From an uncultured beta proteobacterium (GTDB lineage Bacteria; Pseudomonadota; Gammaproteobacteria; Burkholderiales; SG8-39): a DNA stretch of 64,000 nt. Below the pieces are notes generated by a model. It saw only the letters and a list, made by a program, of their open reading frames with translations, had not been told where the DNA came from and made no database searches. How positions within the stretch are numbered: position 1 is the first letter of the stretch; every line of letters begins with the position of its first letter. The stretch is taken from positions 182,684 to 246,683 of the forward strand of contig CAVVGT010000014.1 of assembly GCA_963747775.1 (NCBI GenBank), read 5' to 3'. Below are positions 1-9,095 of the stretch, piece by piece. The translations under genes and the position numbers were made by a program.

Positions 1-37
1 GCTGTCTGGAAGTGTTCCAGCGCGAGGTGAGGAAGGG

Positions 38-790
38 ATGAAGCGCGACACGTTCCTGCCGCTCGTCGGCGTCGCCGGCCTGATCGCGGTCTGGTACCTC
101 GCGGTCTGGGCGCGCGTCGTCGATCCGGTGCTGCTGCCCTCGCCCGAGCAGGCGTTCGCGGCACTCGTGAAGGGCATGGCGGGCGGCAAGCTCGGCCACG
201 ACTTCTGGCGCACCGTCGAGCGCACGGCGTATGCGACCGCGATCGCCGCCGTGATCGCCATCCCGCTGGGCGTCCTGCTGGGCGCGAACGAGAAGGCCTA
301 CCGCGCGGTCGAGTTCGTGATCGACTTCTTCCGCTCGACCCCGGCCTCGGCGATGTTCCCGCTCTTCCTGGTGATCTTCGGGGTGGGCGACAAGACCAAG
401 ATCCTGGTCGCGTCGTTCGGCGCCGCGCTGGTGATCCTGTTCAACGTCGCCTACGGCGTCATGAACGCGCGCAAGACGCGCCTGCTCGCGGCGCGCGTCA
501 TGGGCGCCTCCCGCCTGCGCGTGCTGACCGACGTGATGCTGCTCGAGTCGCTGCCGCAGACTTTCGTCGGCTTGCGCAACGGCGTGTCGCTCGCGCTCGT
601 GATCGTGGTCGTGGCGGAGATGTTCATCGGCTCCACCGACGGGCTCGGTCAGCGCGTCTTCGAGGCGCAGCAGCTCTTTGCGATGCCCGATATGTACGCC
701 GCGATCTTCGCCGCCGGCGCGCTTGGTTACGGTCTCAACCTGCTCTTCATGCTCGTCGAGAAGCGCTACGTGCACTGGTCGGGAAAGTAG
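38..790 (+). CDS. ABC transporter permease, NitT/TauT (SsuC/TauC-like) type
   Basis: 250-aa multi-TM ORF. The N-terminus (LPLVGVAGLIAVWYL...LLPSPEQ) and overall layout are typical of BPD_transp_1 permeases. Its ATG overlaps the stop of an ORF running in from upstream (ATGA at 38-41). An SsuA/NMT1-like binding protein lies on the same strand downstream. Confidence 0.85.
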   Translation: MKRDTFLPLVGVAGLIAVWYLAVWARVVDPVLLPSPEQAFAALVKGMAGGKLGHDFWRTVERTAYATAIAAVIAIPLGVLLGANEKAYRAVEFVIDFFRSTPASAMFPLFLVIFGVGDKTKILVASFGAALVILFNVAYGVMNARKTRLLAARVMGASRLRVLTDVMLLESLPQTFVGLRNGVSLALVIVVVAEMFIGSTDGLGQRVFEAQQLFAMPDMYAAIFAAGALGYGLNLLFMLVEKRYVHWSGK

Positions 791-799
791 GCGGCGTCG

Positions 800-2212
800 A
801 TGGCTTCCCTCTTAGGCGCGCCGCTGTCCGTCGTGACCGTCGGGCTCGCTTCCTTCGACGACGCGATCGCAGGCACCGGCGCCCGGGTGACGCGCGTGCA
901 ATGGAGCCCGCCCGGCGGCGAGCCGGCCACCGCGCGTGCGCTCGCGCGCCTCGTCGGCGATCCCGCGGTCGATGCGGCCGGCAAGAAGGCCTTCGACGCC
1001 TACCTGGCCGCTGAACCGTTGCTCGAGGGCGTCGGCATTGCGCGCGAGGTCATCCCCGGCCTCGGCGAGCGGATGCTGCTGCACGCCGGCCCGCCGATCG
1101 ATTGGGCGCGCATGGGCGGCGCAATGCGCGGGGCCGTGATCGGTGCGTGCCTGCTCGAGGGTTGGGCGAAGGACCCCGACGCCGCGCGCGCCCTGGCCGA
1201 GCGCGGCGAGGTCCGGTTCGACCCGTGCCACCACCATGCCGCCGTCGGCCCGATGGCGGGGATCATCAGCCCGTCGATGCCGGTCTGGAGGCTCCGCAAC
1301 CCGGTCCAGGGCAACCGCTCGTTCAGCAACCTGAACGAAGGACTCGGCAAGGTGCTGCGCTACGGCGCGAACAGCCCCGAGGTGCTCGCAAAGCTCAAGT
1401 GGATGGGCGGCACGCTCGGCCCGGTGCTCGGCAAGGCACTCGCCGCGACCGGGCCGATCGAGCTCAAGGCCCTGATGGGGCGCGCCCTGCACATGGGCGA
1501 CGAGATGCACAACCGCAACATGGCCGCGTCCGCGCTGCTGTTCAAGCGGCTCGTCGCCGGCATCCTCGAGTCGGGCGTGTCCGCGGCCGAGGCGGCGGCG
1601 GTGATCGATTTCATGAACGGCAACGACTTCTTCTTCCTCAACATCGGCATGGCGGCGTGCAAGAGCATGCTCGACGCCGCGCGCGGCGTGCCGGGAAGCA
1701 CGATGGTCACCGCGATGGCGCGGAACGGCACCGACTTCGGCATCCGCGTAAGCGGCACGGGCGAGCGCTGGTTCACCGGCCCGGCGCAGGTGCCCGACGG
1801 CCTGTTCTTCCCGGGCTACGGCCCGGCCGACGCCGGCCGCGACATCGGCGACAGCGCGATCACCGAGACCGCCGGCATCGGCGGCTTCGCGATGGCGGCG
1901 GCGCCCGCGATCGTCCGGTTCATCGGCGGCACGCCGCAGCTCGCGCTCGACAGCACGCTGACGATGCGGCACATCACGCTCGGCCGCAACAACGCGTTCA
2001 CCATCCCGATGCTCGATTTCGCCGGCACGCCGGCCGGCATCGACGTGCGCAAGGTCGTGGACACCGGCATCTTGCCGATCATCAATACCGGCATGGCGCA
2101 CCGCGAAGCCGGCGTCGGCCAGGTCGGGGCGGGCATCGTGCGCCCGCCGATGGAATGCTTCACGCAAGCGCTCGCCGCGCTCGCGGAAAATGCCGGACAG
2201 CGTGTGCTATAA
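800..2212 (+). CDS. DUF1116 family protein, YlbE-like
   Basis: 470-aa intact ORF, colinear from memory with E. coli YlbE. Shared blocks: LHAGPP, GACLLEGWAKD, GEVRFDPCHHH, NLNEGLGKVLRYGA, FGIRVSGTGERWFTGP, GDSAITETAGIGG, INTGMAHREAGVGQVGAG. Confidence 0.85.
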   Translation: MASLLGAPLSVVTVGLASFDDAIAGTGARVTRVQWSPPGGEPATARALARLVGDPAVDAAGKKAFDAYLAAEPLLEGVGIAREVIPGLGERMLLHAGPPIDWARMGGAMRGAVIGACLLEGWAKDPDAARALAERGEVRFDPCHHHAAVGPMAGIISPSMPVWRLRNPVQGNRSFSNLNEGLGKVLRYGANSPEVLAKLKWMGGTLGPVLGKALAATGPIELKALMGRALHMGDEMHNRNMAASALLFKRLVAGILESGVSAAEAAAVIDFMNGNDFFFLNIGMAACKSMLDAARGVPGSTMVTAMARNGTDFGIRVSGTGERWFTGPAQVPDGLFFPGYGPADAGRDIGDSAITETAGIGGFAMAAAPAIVRFIGGTPQLALDSTLTMRHITLGRNNAFTIPMLDFAGTPAGIDVRKVVDTGILPIINTGMAHREAGVGQVGAGIVRPPMECFTQALAALAENAGQRVL

Positions 2213-2242
2213 CGACGACCCTACGGAGAGGACGATAAGACC

Positions 2243-3202
2243 ATGCGTACACTTTCATTGCTCGGAGCAGTGCTCGTCGCCGCGCTCGCCGCGCCCGCGG
2301 TCGCGCAGGACAAGGTCAAGGTCGGCGTGTTCCCGGTCAGCTCGTCGCTGCCGTTCTTCGTCGCCCAGGACCGCGGCTTCTTCAAGGACCAGAAACTCGA
2401 CGTCGAGATGGTGCGCCTCATCGGCGGGCCGCCGAACGTGTCGGGGCTGATCACGAACCAGATCGACGCCTCCGCGATCCTGGTCACGATCGAGGGGATG
2501 AACGCCAACCTCAAGAAGCCCGGCGTCGCGATGTACATCTCGCTCAACGGCCAGAACGCCCAGTACCAGATGGAGCAGTTCGTCGTGCGCAGGGGCGTGA
2601 ACGCGCGCTCGCTCGCCGACCTCAAGGGCAAGAAGATCATGAGCGCGCCGGGCCCGGCGAACGTGACGATGGCGCGGGCCGTGCTCGCGGCAGCGGGGCT
2701 GAAGGAGGGCGACTACACGCTCGACCAGCTCGACATGGGGCAGCACGTCAACGCGATGACCGCGGGCACGTTCGACGCCGGCTACACGCTCGAGCCGAAC
2801 GCCTCGATCATGCGCAAGAACGGCGTCGCGACGACGCTCGAGGCCGGCGTCATCGCCAAGTACATCCTCGGCGACCCGCGCGCGAACGCCTGGGTCGGCG
2901 GCGGCGTGATCTCGACCGACTTCATCAAGAGCCGTCCGGACGTCGCGAAGCGCTACGCCGCCGCCTGGGCGAAAGCGATCGACTTCATCAACGCCGACCC
3001 GAAGGAGGCGCGCAAGCACCTCGCCAAGAACACCCTCACGCCCGACGACATCGTCGACTCGGTGCCGCTCGTGAAGTTCGTGAACGTCGCGAGCCTGACC
3101 AACACCGACCGGCAGGAATTCCAGACGTTCATCGACTACTCGACGCGCATGGGCACGCTTCCGGAGCCGGTGGACGTCGCGAAGTTCCTCCAGCGCTTCT
3201 GA
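2243..3202 (+). CDS. ABC transporter periplasmic substrate-binding protein (NMT1/SsuA-like)
   Basis: 319-aa ORF with signal peptide MRTLSLLGAVLVAALAAPAVAQ. SsuA/NMT1-like length and pattern. Same-strand cluster with the permease. Confidence 0.8.
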   Translation: MRTLSLLGAVLVAALAAPAVAQDKVKVGVFPVSSSLPFFVAQDRGFFKDQKLDVEMVRLIGGPPNVSGLITNQIDASAILVTIEGMNANLKKPGVAMYISLNGQNAQYQMEQFVVRRGVNARSLADLKGKKIMSAPGPANVTMARAVLAAAGLKEGDYTLDQLDMGQHVNAMTAGTFDAGYTLEPNASIMRKNGVATTLEAGVIAKYILGDPRANAWVGGGVISTDFIKSRPDVAKRYAAAWAKAIDFINADPKEARKHLAKNTLTPDDIVDSVPLVKFVNVASLTNTDRQEFQTFIDYSTRMGTLPEPVDVAKFLQRF

Positions 3203-4614
3203 TGAGCGGGGGCCTGCACCGGCTGCCCGCGCGCGAGCTCGCGCGGCTCATCCGAACGAAGCGCGCGAGCGCGATCGAGGTCCTCGACGCGCACCTTGCG
3301 GCGATCGAGTGCGCGAACGCGGCCGTGAACGCGATCGTCACGCTCGCAGCCGGGCCAGCGCGCAGCGCCGCGCGCGGCGTCGACGCGGCGCTCGCGCGCG
3401 GCGTGACGCTCGCGCCACTTGCCGGCGTTCCGGTCGGGATCAAGGACGTCACGCCGACCGCCGGCATCCGCACGACCTGGGGCTCGGAGCTCTACGCCGA
3501 CCACGTGCCGGACGAGGACGGCGAGACGGTCGCGAGCCTCAAGCGTTCCGGCTGCATCGTGATCGGCAAGACGAACACGCCGGAGTTCGCGGCCGGCGGC
3601 AACACCGTCAACCGCGTGTTCGGCGCCACGCGCAACCCCTGGGATCTCCGCATGTCGGCGAGCGGATCGACCGGCGGCGGCGCGGCCGCGCTGGCGGCAG
3701 GGCTGGTTCCGCTCGCGGAGGGCTCCGACTTCGGCGGCAGCTTGCGCACGCCGGCGTCCTTCTGCGGCGTGGTGGGCCTGCGGACCTCGACCGGGCTGGT
3801 GGCGCGCTACCCGATGAACATGGCGTGGCATTCGCAGAACGTCGCCGGACCGATGGCGCGCGACGCCGAGGACTGCGCGTTGATGCTCGACGCGATGACC
3901 GGCTTCTCGCTCAAGCTGCCGTCCTCGGTGCCGCCGCCGTGGCCGAGCGCGCACGAGATCGTGGCGCGCGCGGAGAGCCTGCGCGGCGTGCGCCTTGCGT
4001 ACGTTGCGGACATCGGCGGCACCGGCATCGATCCGGAAGTGGCGCGCATCTGCCGCGACGCGGCCCGCGCGCTCGAGCGCGACGGTGCGACGATCGAGGA
4101 AATCCAGGCGGATTTCTCCGACGGCGTGCAGGCGTTCATCACGCTGCGCGGCGAGTCGATGGTCGGGAATCACCTCGACCGGCTCGACAAGCTCGATCGC
4201 CTGAACCCCAACCTTGCCGGCAACATCCGGCTCGGGCTCGACGTGAAGATCCTCGACATCGCGCGCGCTGAGCGCAAGCGCGTGGAGATCTTCCATCGCT
4301 GGCGCGCCCTGTTCGAGCGGTACGACCTCGTCCTCACGCCGTGCTCGCCGATGCCGCCGTTTCCGGTCGACCAGAACTACCCGACCGAGATCGGCGGCAA
4401 GCAGCTCGACAACTACATCGCCTGGATCGCGCAGACCTTCCTCGTGTCGCTCGCCACCCTGCCGGCGGCGAGCGCTCCGTCCGGCCTGACCGCGGCGCGG
4501 CTCCCCGTCGGCCTGCAGATCGTCGGCCCGCGCTTCTCCGATCCGAAGATCCTGACGTGCGCGAAGTTCGTGGAGCGCGTCAATCCGCTCGGGTGGGCGC
4601 CGCACGCCGCGTGA
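3202..4614 (+). CDS. Amidase (amidase-signature family)
   Basis: 470-aa intact ORF. It has the GIKD catalytic-Lys region and the Gly/Ser-rich block SASGSTGGGAAALAAG. Its start overlaps the preceding stop (TGATG at 3200-3204). Confidence 0.85.
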   Translation: MSGGLHRLPARELARLIRTKRASAIEVLDAHLAAIECANAAVNAIVTLAAGPARSAARGVDAALARGVTLAPLAGVPVGIKDVTPTAGIRTTWGSELYADHVPDEDGETVASLKRSGCIVIGKTNTPEFAAGGNTVNRVFGATRNPWDLRMSASGSTGGGAAALAAGLVPLAEGSDFGGSLRTPASFCGVVGLRTSTGLVARYPMNMAWHSQNVAGPMARDAEDCALMLDAMTGFSLKLPSSVPPPWPSAHEIVARAESLRGVRLAYVADIGGTGIDPEVARICRDAARALERDGATIEEIQADFSDGVQAFITLRGESMVGNHLDRLDKLDRLNPNLAGNIRLGLDVKILDIARAERKRVEIFHRWRALFERYDLVLTPCSPMPPFPVDQNYPTEIGGKQLDNYIAWIAQTFLVSLATLPAASAPSGLTAARLPVGLQIVGPRFSDPKILTCAKFVERVNPLGWAPHAA

Positions 4615-5473
4615 GCGCGGCGACGGCACGGTCCGGACTCAGCGGCATCAGCCGCTCGAACGCCGCCTGATATGCCTCGGCGTCGACGATCGCCGCGTCG
4701 CTGTGCATCGCCCCCTCAACGAGCAGCAGCGACTTCCGCCCGGGCGCACGCAGGTAGAGCTGGACGCCCATCGTGTGCGGCACGACCGGGTCGCGCGTGC
4801 CGTGGACGATCAGCAGCGGGACGCTCAGGCGCCGGACCTTGGCCGCGGCGTCGAACCGGTCGCCGAGCAACCGGTCGACGGGGTAGAGCGCAGCGACCCA
4901 CGAGTCGCGCAGCAACTCGCGGATCGAGGTCGGCGCCCCCTCGATGACCACGCCGTTCACGTCGGGGTAGCGCGCGGCGAGCTCGAGCGCGGGCACCGCA
5001 CCGAGCGCGTGGCCGTAGACGAAACGGCGACCGGCGTCGGGCTGATGCCATCGCAGCTCGAGCCACGCCGCTTCCGCGTCCTCGTACATGCTCGCTTCGG
5101 TGAGCGGACCGCGATCGCTCCGGCCGAGGCCGCGGTAGTCGATCATCAGCACCGCGGCGCCGGCGGCGTGCATGACGGCCGCCACGTGCACCATGCCCGC
5201 CTTGGTGCGCCCGGTTCCGGGGAGGACCAGGAGGACCGGCGCATCCCGCCCGTTCGGCAGCCACCAGCCATGAATGAGCGCGCGGCGGGGGCCGGCGCGC
5301 AGCCAGACCTCGCGATAGTCGATGCCGAGCATCCCGGGGGTCCGCGGCGTTTCGCGCGCCGGGAAGTCGATGAAGCGGTCGGGGCAGCGCCATACGAGCG
5401 CCGCCCCGGTCGCGTAGGCCGCGGCAGCCGCCGCCGCCAGTGCGACGGCGATGCGTCGAATCGTCTGGGGCAT
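4580..5473 (-). CDS. Alpha/beta hydrolase-fold protein with Ala at the nucleophile-elbow position
   Basis: 297-aa ORF with an N-terminal hydrophobic segment (IAVALAAAAAAAYATGAALV). The fold layout has the elbow reading G-H-A-L-G (Ala codon GCG at 5006-5008), followed by Asp (GTRDPVVP) and His (GAMHSD). Confidence 0.7.
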   Translation of the reverse strand: MPQTIRRIAVALAAAAAAAYATGAALVWRCPDRFIDFPARETPRTPGMLGIDYREVWLRAGPRRALIHGWWLPNGRDAPVLLVLPGTGRTKAGMVHVAAVMHAAGAAVLMIDYRGLGRSDRGPLTEASMYEDAEAAWLELRWHQPDAGRRFVYGHALGAVPALELAARYPDVNGVVIEGAPTSIRELLRDSWVAALYPVDRLLGDRFDAAAKVRRLSVPLLIVHGTRDPVVPHTMGVQLYLRAPGRKSLLLVEGAMHSDAAIVDAEAYQAAFERLMPLSPDRAVAALTRRAAPTRAD

Positions 5474-5545
5474 GCGGCAAAGCGTACTCCCCGGGCGTCC
5501 CGCCGTGCCACGGGCGTCGCTGCCGGTCCCCGTCCCGGAGCCTCC

Positions 5546-6043
5546 CTAGGGCGCCAGCGCGGCACCCTGGACGCGAACGTGGGCGTCCCGGAACCACGTC
5601 TGAAGGGCGACCGCGTCCTGCTCCCACGACGGCACCGAGAGGTCGGCGTTCAGGTACTTCACCTGGACGTAGTGGGCCAGCTCGTGGGCCAGCGACTCGT
5701 CGATCGTGCGGCCGAGCCGCGCGTAGTACGACGGGTCGTCGATCAGGTAGATCTCGTTCCGCTCCACCGCGTAGGCGTTGCCGAACGCGTGGGGGCGGAA
5801 ACCCCATTGCGCGCCGATTGCGTCGCGAAACTGCCCGATCGGCGTGGCGCTCTCGAGGAACACGGCGGGCGGCGCGATCTCCGGGTGCAGCGTCACACCC
5901 ATGCGCCGTGCGACTTGCGCGAGGACGAACTGCGGGTCTAGGCGCAGCGGCAGCGGCTCGACCGACGCGTCGACCGCCGGCGCCGGCGGGATCAGGGACA
6001 GTGTCGTCGCAAGGCCGGCGACCCAGTGTGCGAGGCGGCGCAT
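5546..6043 (-). CDS. Small exported protein with HExxH motif (putative zinc metallopeptidase)
   Basis: 165-aa ORF with a signal-like N-terminus. AAGGA lies 4 nt upstream of the ATG. Motif LAHELAHYVQ. No family recognised beyond the motif. Confidence 0.5.
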   Translation of the reverse strand: MRRLAHWVAGLATTLSLIPPAPAVDASVEPLPLRLDPQFVLAQVARRMGVTLHPEIAPPAVFLESATPIGQFRDAIGAQWGFRPHAFGNAYAVERNEIYLIDDPSYYARLGRTIDESLAHELAHYVQVKYLNADLSVPSWEQDAVALQTWFRDAHVRVQGAALAP

Positions 6044-6049
6044 ACGTCC

Positions 6050-6163
6050 TTACCGCGGCGTCGCCTCGTCGATGAGCGACGCGACCAGCCGCGCCGGGTC
6101 GAGGGCGGGGTTGCGCTCGAGCCGCGCGAGCAGGTACTTCGCCTCGAGGCTGCCCTGCCTCAT
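6050..6163 (-). CDS. Hypothetical 37-aa protein
   Basis: ORF MRQGSLEAKYLLARLERNPALDPARLVASLIDEATPR, with GGAGG 6 nt upstream of the ATG. It sits between the AEC transporter stop (6187) and the HExxH gene start (6043), all on the same strand. Confidence 0.3.
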   Translation of the reverse strand: MRQGSLEAKYLLARLERNPALDPARLVASLIDEATPR

Positions 6164-6186
6164 CGTCTGCCTCCGTTGGAGTTCGA

Positions 6187-7113
6187 TCACAGCATTCCGA
6201 GCACGTACCACCACGCCGGCACGGTCAGGAACGAGAGGGGGATCCCGATCCCGACCATGAGCGTGGTGAGCGGCGGATCGAGCTTGTGCTCGGTCGCGAC
6301 GATCGCCGCGCCGATCATCGGCGCCATCGCCGCTTCGAAGAAGACGATTCGCGTGTGATCGGTGTCGATGCCGGCGAGCGCGACGAAGAGGCCCACCAGC
6401 ACCGCGGGGCCGACGACCAGCTTGAAGCCCAGGCCGAGCGCGAGCTTCTTCGCGTTGCCCGCGAGGGCGCCGAGCCGGATCTGCGCGCCCACCGACACGA
6501 GCGCGAGCGGCGCGAGCGTGTCGCCCAGACGTGTGAAGGTGACCGCGAGCCACTCCGGGTACTCGAACGGCCGCAGCAGGAGCGCCGCGAGCACGGCGAT
6601 GAGCGGCGGGAACAGGGCGATCTTCCGGACGATGGCGCGGCGGTCGAGCGCGGCGCCCGAGTACATCGCCGCCACGATGATGCCCAACGTGGCCAGCGCC
6701 AGGTAGGACCCGAGCTGGTCGATCACGAGCCCGAGCGCGACTCCGCCCGAGCCGTAGAACGCCTCGATCATCGGCACGCCGAGGAAGGAGGTGTTCGCGA
6801 GCCCGCCGGTGAGCGTCAGCGCGCCGACCGACTGCGGCGCGAGGCCGGCAACGCGCCCGACAATGCCGAAGAAGGCGATGCTCAGCGCAAACAGCACCCA
6901 CGCCACCGCGGCCGCGAGCACCAGCGCGGACGTGATCTCGACCGCGTGCAGATGCCGGAGGATCAGCGCCGGCAGCGCGACGTTGATGATGAACGCGTTG
7001 AGCGCGGCGGGGCCGCTATCGGGCAGACGACCCGAGCGGCGCAGCAGCACGCCGAGCACGAAGCAGGCAACGAGGAGGGTGAGGTTGTTCATGGCGCGTG
7101 GTCTTTGCGCCAT
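6187..7113 (-). CDS. AEC (auxin efflux carrier) family transporter
   Basis: 308-aa ORF with about 10 TM segments. Motifs NAFIINVALPALIL and GLANTSFLGVPM. A more typical start is MNNLTLL at 7092. Confidence 0.8.
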   Translation of the reverse strand: MAQRPRAMNNLTLLVACFVLGVLLRRSGRLPDSGPAALNAFIINVALPALILRHLHAVEITSALVLAAAVAWVLFALSIAFFGIVGRVAGLAPQSVGALTLTGGLANTSFLGVPMIEAFYGSGGVALGLVIDQLGSYLALATLGIIVAAMYSGAALDRRAIVRKIALFPPLIAVLAALLLRPFEYPEWLAVTFTRLGDTLAPLALVSVGAQIRLGALAGNAKKLALGLGFKLVVGPAVLVGLFVALAGIDTDHTRIVFFEAAMAPMIGAAIVATEHKLDPPLTTLMVGIGIPLSFLTVPAWWYVLGML

Positions 7114-7200
7114 GTTCGAAGACGGAGGCGTACACGCTGCTTACCGATCTGCGAACGGACGAGCTAATCCGGCCGGGGGAAGGCGCGCAATAATCCCTAC

Positions 7201-7923
7201 ATGGATTGGATCTTCGTCCTGGTCATCGGCCTCGCCGCCGGCACGCTCGGCGGGATCGTCGGTTTCGGGACGTCGATCATGCTGCTGCCGCCGCTCGTGG
7301 TCGTCTTCGGGCCGAAGGAGGCGGTGCCCATCATGGCGGTGACCGCGCTGCTGGCGAACGCGTCGCGCGCGGCGGTGTGGTGGCGCGAGATCGACTGGCG
7401 GGCGTGCGCCGTCTACAGCGCCGCCGCCGCGCCCGCGGCCGCGCTTGGCGCCGCGACGCTCGTGAAGATGAGCTCGGTCGCGATCGAGGTGGCGCTCGGC
7501 GCGTTCTTCCTGCTCATGATCCCGGTGCGGCGCACGCTCACGGCGAGCGGGTTCCAGATCCGTCTCTGGCATCTCGCCGTCGTCGGCGGCGTGATTGGCT
7601 TCCTCACCGGGATCGTGGCCTCGACCGGGCCGATCAACACGCCGTTCTTCCTCGCGTACGGACTGGTGAAGGGCGCGTTCCTCGCGACCGAGGCGCTCGC
7701 CTCGCTGTCGATGTATGTGGCGAAGGCGCTCGCCTTCAATCAGCTCGGCGCGTTGCCATGGGCCACCTTCGCGAAAGGACTCATCGTCGGGTCGGCCGTG
7801 ATGCTGGGGTCCTATGCGGCCAAGCCGTTCGTGCTGCGCATGGCGCCGGAGCGGTTCAGGTACGTGATGGACGCGCTGATGCTCGTCGCCGGAGTGACGA
7901 TGATCGCGACGGCGCTCGCGTGA
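7201..7923 (+). CDS. TauE/SafE (DUF81) family sulfite/anion exporter
   Basis: 240-aa multi-TM ORF with two internal half-repeats (GGIVGFGTS and GFLTGIVASTGP) typical of the family. Confidence 0.8.
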   Translation: MDWIFVLVIGLAAGTLGGIVGFGTSIMLLPPLVVVFGPKEAVPIMAVTALLANASRAAVWWREIDWRACAVYSAAAAPAAALGAATLVKMSSVAIEVALGAFFLLMIPVRRTLTASGFQIRLWHLAVVGGVIGFLTGIVASTGPINTPFFLAYGLVKGAFLATEALASLSMYVAKALAFNQLGALPWATFAKGLIVGSAVMLGSYAAKPFVLRMAPERFRYVMDALMLVAGVTMIATALA

Positions 7924-8276
7924 GCCTGGGCGGACGAGGGCTACAAACCGGGCGGCGCATGCATCAATCGGTTACGCAGGGCTTGTGCCCACCGCGTGTG
8001 CGGCCTCGGTGATGTTTATCCGGCCGGGCCGAGCGAGGGGCGGCTGTCTAAGCGGCTCCTCGAAAGGCACTCGACGTCCGCGTTCGGGCCAGGAGCGGTC
8101 GGCCGCGGTGGCGCACGATAGCGGTCGGTCGGCCGAGGTAATGCGCGTGTTCCAGCAAGACCTTGCCGAGTCGTGAGATCACACGCGGGTAAGAGTGGCG
8201 CGCTGCCTGATGCCAGCGATGGCTTGCGTTTTGGCCAATACCCTGAGACAAAACCGCGGAACAGGCATCAGGCGCG

Positions 8277-9092
8277 CTAGTCTAGTGGTCGACCACGCAT
8301 GCTACGCGGCACGCGCGCCTTGATCGCATTGGCGCGCGCAAAGTATTCGACGACACCGCCCGGCGCCGTGGGGAGCCCTGTTCGAACGGCGCGCATCAGC
8401 CGCGTCCGCTCGCTTTCCGTCATGGACGCGATGATCTTCGTCAGGGGGCTGTAGCTTGGCGTCTGCGCCTGCCAGAAGTCTTGGAAGTCCCGGTACGCCA
8501 GGCAGACCTCGATAGTTCTCGTCTCGATTCGCTCGAGCGCCGCTTGCTCAAACAGCGGTCGCAACGCTTCGATGCGGGATTCGTCCGTGCCGGGAATGGC
8601 TGGCACGTCAACACCGAACCGGCGCATGGCGCGGCGCAGAGGCCCGCTTGGAGAAAGCTCTTCCGAAAAATCCCACACGTAAGCCGCGACGCTTCCGCCC
8701 GCGCGCGTCACGCGCCGCTTTTCAGCCATGGCTTGCGACCGCTCGGCAATGAAGTTCAACACCAGCGCGGAGGTAGCGATATCGAAGGAGGCGTCCGCGA
8801 AAGGTAGGCTGCGCGCATCGGCGACTTGGAAAGCCGCTCGGCCAGCCGCCGGCCCCCGTGATGCTTGGGCGATTTGTGCGACTTCCGGATCAATGCCGGC
8901 CACCATGGCAGGCGAGCTCAGTTCGAGCAGCGTGTGCGCGAGAACCCCGGTGCCGCAACCCACGTCAAGCCAGCGTGCGCTTGCAGGCGGCGCAAGCCAT
9001 TGGAGAAAGATGGGCGCGACAGCGCGGCTCCAGCGTCCCATGGCGCGCTCGTAAGCCACGCTGTCATCGAACGTAATCGCGAGTTCTGCCAT
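8277..9092 (-). CDS. Class I SAM-dependent methyltransferase
   Basis: 271-aa ORF with motif I WLDVGCGTGVL. Its start lies 3 nt downstream of the Bug gene stop on the same strand. Confidence 0.8.
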   Translation of the reverse strand: MAELAITFDDSVAYERAMGRWSRAVAPIFLQWLAPPASARWLDVGCGTGVLAHTLLELSSPAMVAGIDPEVAQIAQASRGPAAGRAAFQVADARSLPFADASFDIATSALVLNFIAERSQAMAEKRRVTRAGGSVAAYVWDFSEELSPSGPLRRAMRRFGVDVPAIPGTDESRIEALRPLFEQAALERIETRTIEVCLAYRDFQDFWQAQTPSYSPLTKIIASMTESERTRLMRAVRTGLPTAPGGVVEYFARANAIKARVPRSMRGRPLD

Positions 9093-9095
9093 GCG

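Noticed and set aside
1-41. The 3' end of an upstream gene (...LEVFQREVRKG-stop) overlapping the permease start, possibly the ABC ATPase.
   Set aside because: Only 13 codons are visible, which is too little to assign a product.
812-2167. Long antisense or out-of-frame ORFs throughout the track, for example 812..2167(-), 3136..4629(-), 21714..23702(-), 46208..47983(-) and 62103..63776(-).
   Set aside because: They are Arg/Ala/Gly/Pro-rich low-complexity translations that mirror genuine genes on the other strand. These are typical high-GC shadow ORFs with no recognisable motifs.
8205-8273. A 10-bp perfect inverted repeat GCCTGATGCC ... GGCATCAGGC just downstream of the methyltransferase stop.
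   Set aside because: The arms are separated by 49 nt and no U-tract follows. The geometry is too loose to call a terminator or a mobile-element end.
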